Shown in pieces: positions 11,052-19,750 of a stretch of 64,000 bases of DNA (positions are counted from its first letter, which is position 1; the number at the start of each line of letters is the position of its first letter). The position numbers and the translations under genes were made by a program. The notes beneath the pieces are model-generated. The model made no database searches. It was not told the origin of the DNA and was given only the letters and a program-made list of their open reading frames with translations. Origin of the DNA: Treponemataceae bacterium (GTDB lineage: Bacteria; Spirochaetota; Spirochaetia; Treponematales; Rectinemataceae); contig CAXXVZ010000003.1 of the NCBI GenBank assembly GCA_963678065.2, positions 800,001-864,000 on the forward strand, written 5' to 3'.

Positions 11052-12476
11052 GTGAGGGGGATTTCTCAGACGCATAGGCGGTATGACGAGTTTTTGTCGA
11101 GGTGGAAGCGGTGTCGAGATGCGTTTGCGGGTTCGGATGCGGTGAAGGAGGCTGGGGAGGTCTACTTGCCGCGGCTTCCGGGGCAGGATCAGGCGGCGTA
11201 TGACGCCTATAGAATGCGGACCGTGTTTTATGGCGCAGCGGGGCATACGCTGACGCTATACATGGGGTTGGCGTTTTCAAAGGCGCCGGTTATTTCGGGG
11301 CTCGTCGCGAATGATCCGCTTCTGGTGGATGCGAATATGGCGGGAAAGCCGTTTTTGGAGATTCTTGAGGATGCGCTCGAGAATGTGATCGGGATGGGCC
11401 GGTACGGGATTCTCGTGGATTATGCGGGGGAGATTCGGGCAGGGATGACGAAGGGGGATGCGGTGCGGGAACGGACGCGGCCGTATCTCGCAGCGTATGG
11501 GGCTCTGGATATAACCTTCTGGCACGAGGGGCGGCGCTCCGGGTATACGGTGCCGGATCATGTGGTGCTGCACGAGTTTTTCGAGTCGGAGGAGGCGTGT
11601 GAGGAGGAACAGTTCAGGGAGCTGATCCTCAGCGCTGAAGGGTATGTCGTGAGACTCTGGCGGAAGGTGAAGAACGAGGATGAGAAGGAAGAGTGGACGG
11701 TAGTGTCGACGGTGAGGCCGCTTCTGGATGACGCGCCGCTAGACCGGATTCCGTTTTTCTTTCTGGATCCGGAGTATGGCTCGTCGGAACCGGCCTGCCC
11801 TCCCCTGTTGGGTTTGGTGGATGTGAATATGTCGCATTACCGGACGATGGCGGATCTGGAGCACGGGAGGTTCTTTTGTGGTTTGCCGACGCCGATCTTT
11901 GCGGGGTTTTCGTTCCAGGAGGGAGAGACAGTGAAGCTTGGCTCGATGCGGGGGATCGCGTCGAGCGCTCCGGACGCAAAGGCGTATTACCTTGAGTTTA
12001 CAGGGGCGGGATTGTCGGCGCTTGAGTCGGCGGCACGTCAGAAGGAGCAGTGGATGTCGCAACTCGGCGGGTCGATGCTGGACTCGGAGAAGACGGGGAT
12101 CGAGGCGGCGGAGACGATACGGATGAAGAGGACGGGGTCGAATGCGACGCTCGCGAGTATGGCGCAGGCGGTGTCGGCGGTGATGACGAAGGTGTTGAAG
12201 TTGATGGTGCGGTGGGCTGGGGGAAATTCTGAGGGGGTGAGCGTGATGCTCTTGACGGAGTATATGCCAGCAGCGATTACGCCTGATGAGTTGTCGGTGT
12301 TGCTTCAGGCGGTGCAATCGGGGGATTTTAGGCGGGTGGATTGGCTTGCTCGGTGCAAGGTGGCGGGGATTCTCGCGCAGGATATGGATGCGGGGGAGAT
12401 TGAGAGGGAGCTTGGGAAAACCCAGAGCTATAGAATTCCCAAGAGGGAGACGGAAGGGGAACGAAAGGTTGCATAG
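11052..12476 (+). CDS. Portal protein (DUF4055-like)
   Basis: VKEAGEVYLP, GRYGILVDY, PPLLGLVDVNMSHYRTMADLEH, YLEFTGAGL; follows terL; AAGGAGG RBS before GTG 11052. Confidence 0.85.
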   Translation: MRGISQTHRRYDEFLSRWKRCRDAFAGSDAVKEAGEVYLPRLPGQDQAAYDAYRMRTVFYGAAGHTLTLYMGLAFSKAPVISGLVANDPLLVDANMAGKPFLEILEDALENVIGMGRYGILVDYAGEIRAGMTKGDAVRERTRPYLAAYGALDITFWHEGRRSGYTVPDHVVLHEFFESEEACEEEQFRELILSAEGYVVRLWRKVKNEDEKEEWTVVSTVRPLLDDAPLDRIPFFFLDPEYGSSEPACPPLLGLVDVNMSHYRTMADLEHGRFFCGLPTPIFAGFSFQEGETVKLGSMRGIASSAPDAKAYYLEFTGAGLSALESAARQKEQWMSQLGGSMLDSEKTGIEAAETIRMKRTGSNATLASMAQAVSAVMTKVLKLMVRWAGGNSEGVSVMLLTEYMPAAITPDELSVLLQAVQSGDFRRVDWLARCKVAGILAQDMDAGEIERELGKTQSYRIPKRETEGERKVA

Positions 12477-12524
12477 GCGGTGAGAGTCCGGGACTAGAAG
12501 GTTTTCCATAGTGAACGGAGGATT

Positions 12525-12965
12525 ATGGGAAGGAAGAAGAAGGAAAATACTGTCTATGTCATGAGGAGGGAGGGATGGAAGGCGCATTTTGAGGTGCATG
12601 TTTCGCCATCAGCACGGACCATGCGGGAGCATGTAGCGGAGATTTATGAACGGTATGGTTTGATTCTTCCTTCCGAGCTGGATAGTACGCTTGGGCTCGT
12701 GTGTCCGATCATGCGGCTGGATAGTATATCAGGGGCCTCGGACGGGCTCTTTGCAGTGATGTTCGTGAATATGGAGAATTGCGGAACCGAAATCCTGTGT
12801 CATGAATGTCTGCATGTGGCTCTGGCTCATGAGCGGCATGTGTTGATGTTCGGGATGGACTATGGTCCCGAATGCGGGGAACACGAGGAACGACTAGCCT
12901 ATTTTCTTGGAGCGGCTATGGCGGGTGTTGTGGCAACATTGCGGGAGAATGGGCACATCGCATAA
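12525..12965 (+). CDS. Phage hypothetical protein with HExxH motif
   Basis: GGAGG RBS; ILCHECLHVA...HEERLAY zincin-like pattern. Confidence 0.6.
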   Translation: MGRKKKENTVYVMRREGWKAHFEVHVSPSARTMREHVAEIYERYGLILPSELDSTLGLVCPIMRLDSISGASDGLFAVMFVNMENCGTEILCHECLHVALAHERHVLMFGMDYGPECGEHEERLAYFLGAAMAGVVATLRENGHIA

Positions 12966-13216
12966 CAGGCGGCTTTCGATCGATGGGGAAGCAGAATTCT
13001 CTGGATGCGATGGCAGCAGGATGATGAATTACGGAGGAAGAGCGAATGGGGACCCGGACGAGAGATCTCCGATCCTAGAGGAGGTCTCGAGGACGGGTGT
13101 CGGCAGGAGATGGCCGGAAGGTGCGATTCCGGGGCCGGGAGGCGAAGCCTTCCGGATGCAACAGGTGGATGTGGAAACGTTTTTTTTTGAGGAATGCGGG
13201 GAGACCGGAGCGGGTG

Positions 13217-13492
13217 GAGTCCGTTGACCGGAGACTCGTACGGAGGCCGCGACGGGATCCCCGGCCTCCTGTCACCACGTCCGTCGACCAGAGGTCCGGG
13301 CGTGGTGACAGGAGGCTATATAGCTGTGAGCCGAAGCGAATGCGAGCGAGGGTATTGTAAACATTTTTACGTGAGGCAGTGACGCCGTTCGGAGGACGCC
13401 CGTCGGCCGGAGGTCCGGGCGGACGGAGGACGACGGCACTGGCCCTTCTGGAGACGTCCGTCGGCCGGAGGCCCGGACGCCGACAGGAGGGC
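13217..13492. repeat. Three (plus one degenerate) related hairpins with apex cgYccg-tc-gRcc-RGA-ggYc-cggRcg
   Basis: Copies near 13218, 13278, 13397 and 13455; long basal stems such as CCTCCTGTCACCACG/CGTGGTGACAGGAGG. Confidence 0.7.
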
Positions 13493-13534
13493 TTATGAGG
13501 ATTTTCAGGGTTGGAGGTTATGCGAACCGTCCAG

Positions 13535-13585
13535 AAACGGGGCTCATGTCACAAAAGGCCGCAGGCCGTGGCATGAGCCCCGTTT
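13535..13585. repeat. Strong inverted repeat/hairpin
   Basis: AAACGGGGCTCATGtCAC...GTGgCATGAGCCCCGTTT. Confidence 0.7.
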
Positions 13586-13687
13586 GGGGTCGGTGAGCCC
13601 CAGGCGAGACTGATATGTGAGCCTGGGTTGATTTGTCAGTTGGTCCATGTGCAGCTGGTGAATTATTAGGTGCAGAAAAACGAGTCG

Positions 13688-13909
13688 TGGCACCCCTTCG
13701 TCCGATTTAAAGTGGCGGCATTTCCGCTAATGGTGTTGTATACGCCGGACCGGGCGGATCTTCCCCTACTGATTTTCAAACCATGATCCGCCCGGTCTGG
13801 GGCGAAGCCCGAGCGGAGCTCCCCATAGGAGCGGAGCGAGCGTGTACAACCCTTAGCGGATGTGCCGGGGTTTTACAACATTACTTTAGCTTCGGACGAA
13901 GGGGTGCCA
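13688..13909. repeat. Nested inverted-repeat element (~220 bp)
   Basis: Outer 18-bp IR TGGCACCCCTTCGTCCGA/TCGGACGAAGGGGTGCCA; middle TCCGCTAA..GTTGTATACGC/GCGTGTACAAC..TTAGCGGA; inner CCGGACCGGGCGGATC/GATCCGCCCGGTCTGG. Confidence 0.75.
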
Positions 13910-13944
13910 TTGGTCGGGGGCCCATGAATTGTAGGACCAAGAAT

Positions 13945-14088
13945 GTAAAACGTCCGGGAGCGTTCCAGGAGAACTCGGGAGCGACGTCCATGCGTCGAGT
14001 GCTGGCACTCGGGTGCTTTGTACAAGGAGCGTACCTGTACTGCGTGTGCGCATGAACGGGCACGATGGCTGCGCTGTATTGTTTATCG
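13945..14088 (+). pseudogene. Diverged, truncated copy of the holin-like gene at 32201
   Basis: KRPGAFQENSGATSMRRVLALGCFVQGAYLY matches KKPNAFQENSGATSMRRVLALGCFVEQAYLY; internal TGA. Confidence 0.8.
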
Positions 14089-14099
14089 TAAACTGAAAG

Positions 14100-14647
14100 T
14101 CCCCTTTCCGGCAATTTACCATCGGCGCCGACAGTTGCCTGCATGAGGATGTACTGGAAGTTTAACAGCAGCCCTACAATCCTGATTTTCCGGTTATCTG
14201 TATGGACGAGAAGCCCTACCAACTTCTTGGCGAGACGTGAGAGTCGATTCCCATGAAGAGGGGAACCAGCGCCCGACAGGACGGCGAATATATTCGGAAT
14301 GGAACCTGCTGCATCTTTTTGTTCACGGAAGCTTTGACTGGCTGGCGACATACCGATCCATGGGAATATAGAACCAAAGTCGAGTGGGCGAATCAGATCC
14401 GGTATCTGCTTGAAGTTGAATACCATGGAAGCTGGCTGAATAGTGCAGAAATCGAATTGAGTGCCATGAGCAAGCAGTACCTAGATCGAAGGATCGATAC
14501 AATAGATTCTTTGACAACGGGACTTCAGGCTTGGAAAACTAATCGAAATACTATACAGAAGGGTGCCGACTGGCAGTTCACCACACAAGATGCCCGGATC
14601 AAACTCAAGAGACTTTACCCACAGATTAAGATGTGATAAAATACTAG
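14100..14647 (+). mobile_element. IS630-family transposase 3' remnant with right end
   Basis: EDVLEV..PVICMDEKPYQLLG, EYIRNGTC, HGSWLNSAEIE, DWQFTTQDARIKLKRLYP; internal deletion and stops; ends TACTAG. Confidence 0.85.
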
Positions 14648-14746
14648 CCGCAACAGAATCATTTCATAGTCCGACCACAAATATTAGAAAGTAATGATCT
14701 TTTTGTTTCGGAGCATGAACATTTCATTATGAAAAAACGCAATTTC

Positions 14747-15859
14747 TTATTGATAAAACACTTGATCCATATTGCTCTTTATAATGCCCAACTTGTCCCA
14801 GACGCCCCAATGTGATCCTTGAGGTCCTTCATAGGAGGCTTTCCAACTTTCGTCAAAAGCCTCGAAATAGTAATAATCCACGTTGTTTTTACGAGCCCAT
14901 GAAATGAAATCACTAAAATATTTGACTGCGTTAGCAAGTGAAGGAATAGCATTCCCAATTGAGTTGCCATCGCTTGGCCAACCAGTCTCCGAAGCGATCA
15001 CAGCCTTCCCTCCTGCAGCAGCAACAATTTGTTTGTGAACGGTATCTATTCTCGATAGGGCTTTTCCAATATTTATGCCTTCCCAGTAGGGATAATAGTT
15101 TACCATGACTACATCAACAGCATTGATTACTGCAGGATGCGACAATAGAACCGAGTAGGTGTCAGCATAGGTCACCGGAATTCCAGGCGCAAGATATTTG
15201 ACACGATTAATGTAATCGATCAGCTGGGTTTCAGTGAGCTCACCACGAAGAAGAACTTCACTCCCTACAATGAGCATATCGGCATCCCCCGCCTTTGCGA
15301 GGGCAATTAGATTTGAAAGTTCCAACTCATTAACATCGCTATCACTGCTGATCCATGCGCCGATAGCGGTCTTAAGTCCTAACTCATGCGCCATCGAACC
15401 GGTTTTTTCGAGACCATTTGTACAGCCAAATGTCCGTATGTTTGTGGTGTAGGGGGCGATTATTTTTAGTCGAGACTGGATCTGCTTTATGCTCAGTGAC
15501 GAACCCTTGTTAGGATCCTGACCATCAACGTAGGGGCTGAAATCAAATCCATATGCCTTGTAAGTGACTGGTGTAGGTGCCAAGGTCGTAGTTGTTGTTG
15601 CTGTCATGGTTGTTGTCGTGGTGACAGAGGGTAAAGTAGTTGTCGTCGTCGTGGTGACAGAAGGTAAGGTGGTTGTTGTTGTCGTGGTGACAGAAGGTAA
15701 GGTAGTTGTTGTCGTTGTGGTGACAGAAGGTAAGGTAGTTGTTGTCGTTGTGGTGACAGAAGGTAAGGTAGTTGTTGTCGTCGAGTCGGTGATATTTTTA
15801 CATGCAACGGATGAAAAAGCTGTTAGCACTACTAGAAACCATATATGGTTAATTTTCAA
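14747..15859 (-). CDS. Glycoside hydrolase family 17 (beta-1,3-glucanase-like) lipoprotein with Thr-rich linker
   Basis: Lipobox FSSVAC; FSPY..GQDP, IRTFG, VGSEVLLR, YYPYWEG, SETGWPS, FEAFDESWK. Confidence 0.85.
   Translation of the reverse strand: MKINHIWFLVVLTAFSSVACKNITDSTTTTTLPSVTTTTTTTLPSVTTTTTTTLPSVTTTTTTTLPSVTTTTTTTLPSVTTTTTMTATTTTTLAPTPVTYKAYGFDFSPYVDGQDPNKGSSLSIKQIQSRLKIIAPYTTNIRTFGCTNGLEKTGSMAHELGLKTAIGAWISSDSDVNELELSNLIALAKAGDADMLIVGSEVLLRGELTETQLIDYINRVKYLAPGIPVTYADTYSVLLSHPAVINAVDVVMVNYYPYWEGINIGKALSRIDTVHKQIVAAAGGKAVIASETGWPSDGNSIGNAIPSLANAVKYFSDFISWARKNNVDYYYFEAFDESWKASYEGPQGSHWGVWDKLGIIKSNMDQVFYQ
15585..15782 (-). repeat. Intragenic 33-bp tandem repeat encoding (T7-LPSV)n
   Basis: About five units of GTGGTGACAGAAGGTAAGGTAGTTGTTGTCGTT. 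Confidence 0.9.
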
Positions 15860-16118
15860 TTTCCTCTTCCTACGGGCTATGTTTGTCCAATACGCAAATT
15901 CCTATCGCTCTTCTATATCTATTGTCATTTGAACTCACACAAGGGAGCATACTCAATTCTCCAGATGACCCAGTCGCTGAAACACATTATGACTCTTTCA
16001 GCTTCGCCAAGTACTTTTATTTTCGTGGATGATACAAACTTCGAGACTACCTTGGTTTCACAGCTCGCCAACAGGACAGAAACACTTCCCGAGGAATCGA
16101 AAGCTTCTGGCTGCGAGG

Positions 16119-18104
16119 TTACTTCTTATGCATTTTCTCCAACATGGCATCCACCTGCTTTAATATTGCCTGAGCTCCAGTACTCCGCGGATCATTGGCC
16201 GGCATAAGTTTAAGGGAAAGCATTATTTCTTCCTTACTATGTTCCAAATACTTGTCTTCGATGCATGTCATCAACGCTTGCATAAGCTTAGGACCCTTTT
16301 CGAGCTTAGCGGCGGCATGTGTTGCCAGATAGTAAGCCGATCCAAGGTTAAGATGAGCCTGGGGATCGTTTGCATTTGCATCTACGCTCTTCTTCAGTTC
16401 TGGCAACAATCCCTGAAAAGTAGTCCATGCCTGCTCATACTTACCCTCGTTAATTAATATAAGGCCATCTCGTATCTTCTTTGAGTCTGGATCCTGCGCG
16501 GGGGGCACCTTCACACCTTCGGGTACATCTTTTAAGAGGGTGGCTAAACGGGTCTTCTCCGTAGCGAGGTCAGAGATCTCTTTGGAGTATTTGTTTTCCA
16601 CATCGATAGAATGTGCTTTATCTAGCACAGACTGTATAGTTTTCAAAACATACTCAAGATCGGATTTTTGCATGGCGAAGGCGTATCTGACTTCAGGGGT
16701 TGTCAAAGCCGCGACATTCATGGAAGCAAGATTAAGTAGATTACTAGCAATAGCGAGCAACGGATATGGAAGCCATTTTACGGTGCCTTTCACCTCACCT
16801 GTGACAATCTCTCCCTGTGAGGCTGACGGATCGATGCTCAGGACAAGCAGCCATCGGAGTGTTATGCCTGTTCTCCAGTTCTGAACTTGCTCTTTCTCCT
16901 TGGTCGAGAGGACCTTGCCATCATTGATGCCTTTTTCAATATCTATTTTTTGCATCGTTGCCTCAGAGAGGGCGTTTGGCAATGGTACATCAATTGCCAA
17001 AGATCCAAGATCAGGAGCACCGATCACCGCATTCAGCGACTCTACAAGACGTTTGCCCCACAAGCCGGCACGCTCCATAAAATACACCATTTCCTGGACA
17101 CATAGTTCTTTGGACAGCTTCGGATAGGCTTCGCCATACAGGGATGCCATCTGAAGCGATGAAGAACACGATGCGTATGCGATGCTCGCCGCTAGTAAGG
17201 CAGCACGTAGACTGTCCTGCCCCGTCAAGGCATTCTTAACGGTAAGCTTCGTATAGGCGTCTTCGTATCGCTCATTCAGGATTGCGTCGAGGCCAAGCGC
17301 ATATGTCTCCTTCTCCGGCCTTAATTGCGCTGCAGGGACCTGTTGGCGCGTTTCCGTGACGACGACATCCACGAAATCCTGGAGACAGAGGTAGGATATA
17401 GCTGCAATTGATGTGTCAGACTTTGGAAGGCTCAATACATGGAGATCCTTATGAATGTCTGGCCTCTTCCTTGGGAGTAGAAACCTCGCATAGATAGCCG
17501 CGAGTTGTGGATTCTCCTTTTCGTGAATGACCGTTATCTCAACTCGCGCTTCTTTCATCATCTCTTTCGTCCTATAAGCCACATTGTCCTTGAGAAAGAG
17601 AATGGCGCGCGGGTATATACCATCTCTCGTAGGTAGAAGTTCGACGGTCTTGACAAATTGTGCATAGAATGGTTGCACCTTGGCTATGGTCGGCGTGCAC
17701 TCCAAGTATCGGAACATCGCTAGAGCCATGCCTTTATCGTCTTCCTTCCAGCCATCGAGAGTGAATCTCCCAAGGGTAAACTTAGGGTGTTCTTTAACGA
17801 AGGTCTCAAGTTCTTTGTAGGAAGAGACGAATTGGGCAGCCAAACGTAAACCGCAGAGCGAGGCAAAACGGAGGTCCAGGTTGCTGGGTTCAGCGTCAGA
17901 TGCCTGCATAAGCAAACGACATGCTTTTATCTCCCCTTCCGAACCTGAGCTACGAATCTTGAGGTTTTCGCTAATTTCCAGGTTTTGATCAATAATGGCC
18001 AGTGCCCCTCTGACAATGGTTTCGGTTGGCGTTCCTGACTGTGCGTGGCCGAAGATTAGGAAAGGAACAAGGTAACAGATGCAGAATAGTAAAAATGCCT
18101 TCAT
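16119..18104 (-). CDS. Cassette-borne secreted hypothetical protein with C-terminal TPR-like repeats (possibly a fusion of two genes)
   Basis: AAAGGAG RBS just downstream of the attC R'; signal peptide MKAFLLFCICYLVPFLIFG; DPQAHLNLGSAYY TPR-like segment. Confidence 0.6.
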   Translation of the reverse strand: MKAFLLFCICYLVPFLIFGHAQSGTPTETIVRGALAIIDQNLEISENLKIRSSGSEGEIKACRLLMQASDAEPSNLDLRFASLCGLRLAAQFVSSYKELETFVKEHPKFTLGRFTLDGWKEDDKGMALAMFRYLECTPTIAKVQPFYAQFVKTVELLPTRDGIYPRAILFLKDNVAYRTKEMMKEARVEITVIHEKENPQLAAIYARFLLPRKRPDIHKDLHVLSLPKSDTSIAAISYLCLQDFVDVVVTETRQQVPAAQLRPEKETYALGLDAILNERYEDAYTKLTVKNALTGQDSLRAALLAASIAYASCSSSLQMASLYGEAYPKLSKELCVQEMVYFMERAGLWGKRLVESLNAVIGAPDLGSLAIDVPLPNALSEATMQKIDIEKGINDGKVLSTKEKEQVQNWRTGITLRWLLVLSIDPSASQGEIVTGEVKGTVKWLPYPLLAIASNLLNLASMNVAALTTPEVRYAFAMQKSDLEYVLKTIQSVLDKAHSIDVENKYSKEISDLATEKTRLATLLKDVPEGVKVPPAQDPDSKKIRDGLILINEGKYEQAWTTFQGLLPELKKSVDANANDPQAHLNLGSAYYLATHAAAKLEKGPKLMQALMTCIEDKYLEHSKEEIMLSLKLMPANDPRSTGAQAILKQVDAMLEKMHKK

Positions 18105-18124
18105 GGTTTCTCTCCTTTCCTGTT

Positions 18125-18194
18125 GCCGAACGTCACAAATCAGCGGACCTGAGCCTGTTGCGGGCTCGAGGTCCGCTGATTTGTGACGTTCGGC
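18125..18194 (-). other. attC-like recombination site (perfectly symmetric arms)
   Basis: Minus strand GCCGAAC...GTTCGGC with 26-bp perfect arms, directly after the stop of 18194..19192. Confidence 0.75.
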
Positions 18195-19192
18195 TATTGA
18201 TTCTCGTTCTTCCACGATTCGTATCTCTCGAAGGTATCAGGATCGATCGTACCGTTGAGATTTCGATCACCGAGCGTGAATGCGGCCTTGATCGTCTTGC
18301 CAATCAGAACCTTCCCTTGCTTGTCGATTCTGACTTGGCTCTTTTTCGCGAAGACAACGTCCTGTCCAGCGGCTTGCACAAAGATGGCAGAGTCCTGCGC
18401 AAGTCGTCCCTTCCATATCTGATTCTTAATCTGATTTTTAGTCTGGAACTCGATCACATCTTGGGCGTCCTTGGTTTTCGCCTTGGTAAGTTCATTGACA
18501 ATGTCGTCAATGATTTTCACAGTTTCGTCCGAAGGTTTGTTAATGGGTAATTTGGAAAAACGTTTGTATCGCCCAAAGCTCTGGCAGCCCCAGATAATTT
18601 GCCAACCGCCAAGAATGGCAAAGAAGCTGTGGCCACCATCAGATACAGAGTTCGTAATCGTTATGATGATGTTCCACAACCCTACAATGATGAGAGCAAC
18701 TCCATAGACAATCATCCCGAACGGTGTTGGGGAAGTGACTATCCAGACACCTTCGACGAGTAGGAATATCCCGATTAACCCGAGAATCACGTTGATTGGG
18801 TTATCTCCCATTCCTCTGAAACCCATTGCAATCGCAATGAGACCGAAAACTATGCTCCCGATCCCCGACGGTCTGAGGATCTTCCTTATTAGCCTGTAGT
18901 TTGAAACTCTTTGCAGATCGTCTAATCGCGTGTCTGTGTGCTCCGAGCCCAGTTTTTGGCTTAGTGACTCTATGATGTGCTCTGCTGCAATCCGTGCGTC
19001 CTCAAGCTGCCTATCGTGGGTTCTCAGTTTCTCCTCTATGCAGTCTCCTTTGCCTCTTTGTAGCAAGAGGGATCGTGCATAGTCGATTGCTTCAGTCGTG
19101 TAGTCTTCCGGTTTGTCGAGCATGCACAAGAGTTTCTCGTCATTGCACCTCTCCAATCGCTCTCTGATGTCTGCCTGTAGTGTCATGTTCAT
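18194..19192 (-). CDS. Cassette-borne membrane protein
   Basis: Four predicted TM segments; bounded by R' GTTCGGC (19204-19210) and matching R'' GCCGAAC. Confidence 0.7.
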   Translation of the reverse strand: MNMTLQADIRERLERCNDEKLLCMLDKPEDYTTEAIDYARSLLLQRGKGDCIEEKLRTHDRQLEDARIAAEHIIESLSQKLGSEHTDTRLDDLQRVSNYRLIRKILRPSGIGSIVFGLIAIAMGFRGMGDNPINVILGLIGIFLLVEGVWIVTSPTPFGMIVYGVALIIVGLWNIIITITNSVSDGGHSFFAILGGWQIIWGCQSFGRYKRFSKLPINKPSDETVKIIDDIVNELTKAKTKDAQDVIEFQTKNQIKNQIWKGRLAQDSAIFVQAAGQDVVFAKKSQVRIDKQGKVLIGKTIKAAFTLGDRNLNGTIDPDTFERYESWKNENQ

Positions 19193-19242
19193 CCCCCTCG
19201 ATTGCCGAACATACGTTTATCCTTCTTCTATGAGAACATCCG

Positions 19243-19750
19243 TTAAGCGGCAGTTTGAAGGATTTTTTCGAGTTCTCGCACCTTTCGGCGGTAGATGCGG
19301 GCGTCGAAATAGCGATAGACCTCCTGGTTTTTCAGCATGAAGTACATCGCGACGAAGGTCTTGCGGACGATGGCGGCCTGTACTTTGTTCCTCCGCTTCG
19401 ACGAATGTCGGGCGCGAAAACGCTCAAAACCCTCGTTCCCACGAACGACGTGCTCGAGCCCCTGCAGGATGAATCGATACGAGGTCCTGCGTCCTCGGCG
19501 GTTCAGCCCTCCTTCACGCAGCCTCTTTCCTGACGCATCGACCTTCTCCACGCTCGAGAGATAGGACGTCATGTTCTTCACGGAGGAAGGAAAGCGCTCG
19601 ATCCTCACGATATCCGACATGAATACGACGGCCCCAAGGATGCTTATGCCCGAGATACTGATCAAAAGTTCCGTTTCCCGCTGAAATCGGCGCACCCCTA
19701 TGTCTGACCTGTACTGGTCGAGTAGACATGTCATCCTCAAAGCGTTGTAC
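19243..19750 (-). mobile_element. IS110-family transposase C-terminal remnant adjacent to a truncated attC
   Basis: LLISISGISILGAVVFMSDIVRIERF, AAIVRKTFVAMYFMLKNQEVY; ends just before R' GTTCGGC. Confidence 0.7.

Noticed and set aside
13217..13492. CRISPR array
   Set aside because: Repeats are degenerate, irregularly spaced and embedded in long stems; no cas genes
12960..13524. Giant attC from GCATAAC (stop of the 12525 gene) to GTTATGC
   Set aside because: About 560 bp apart and the adjacent arms are not complementary
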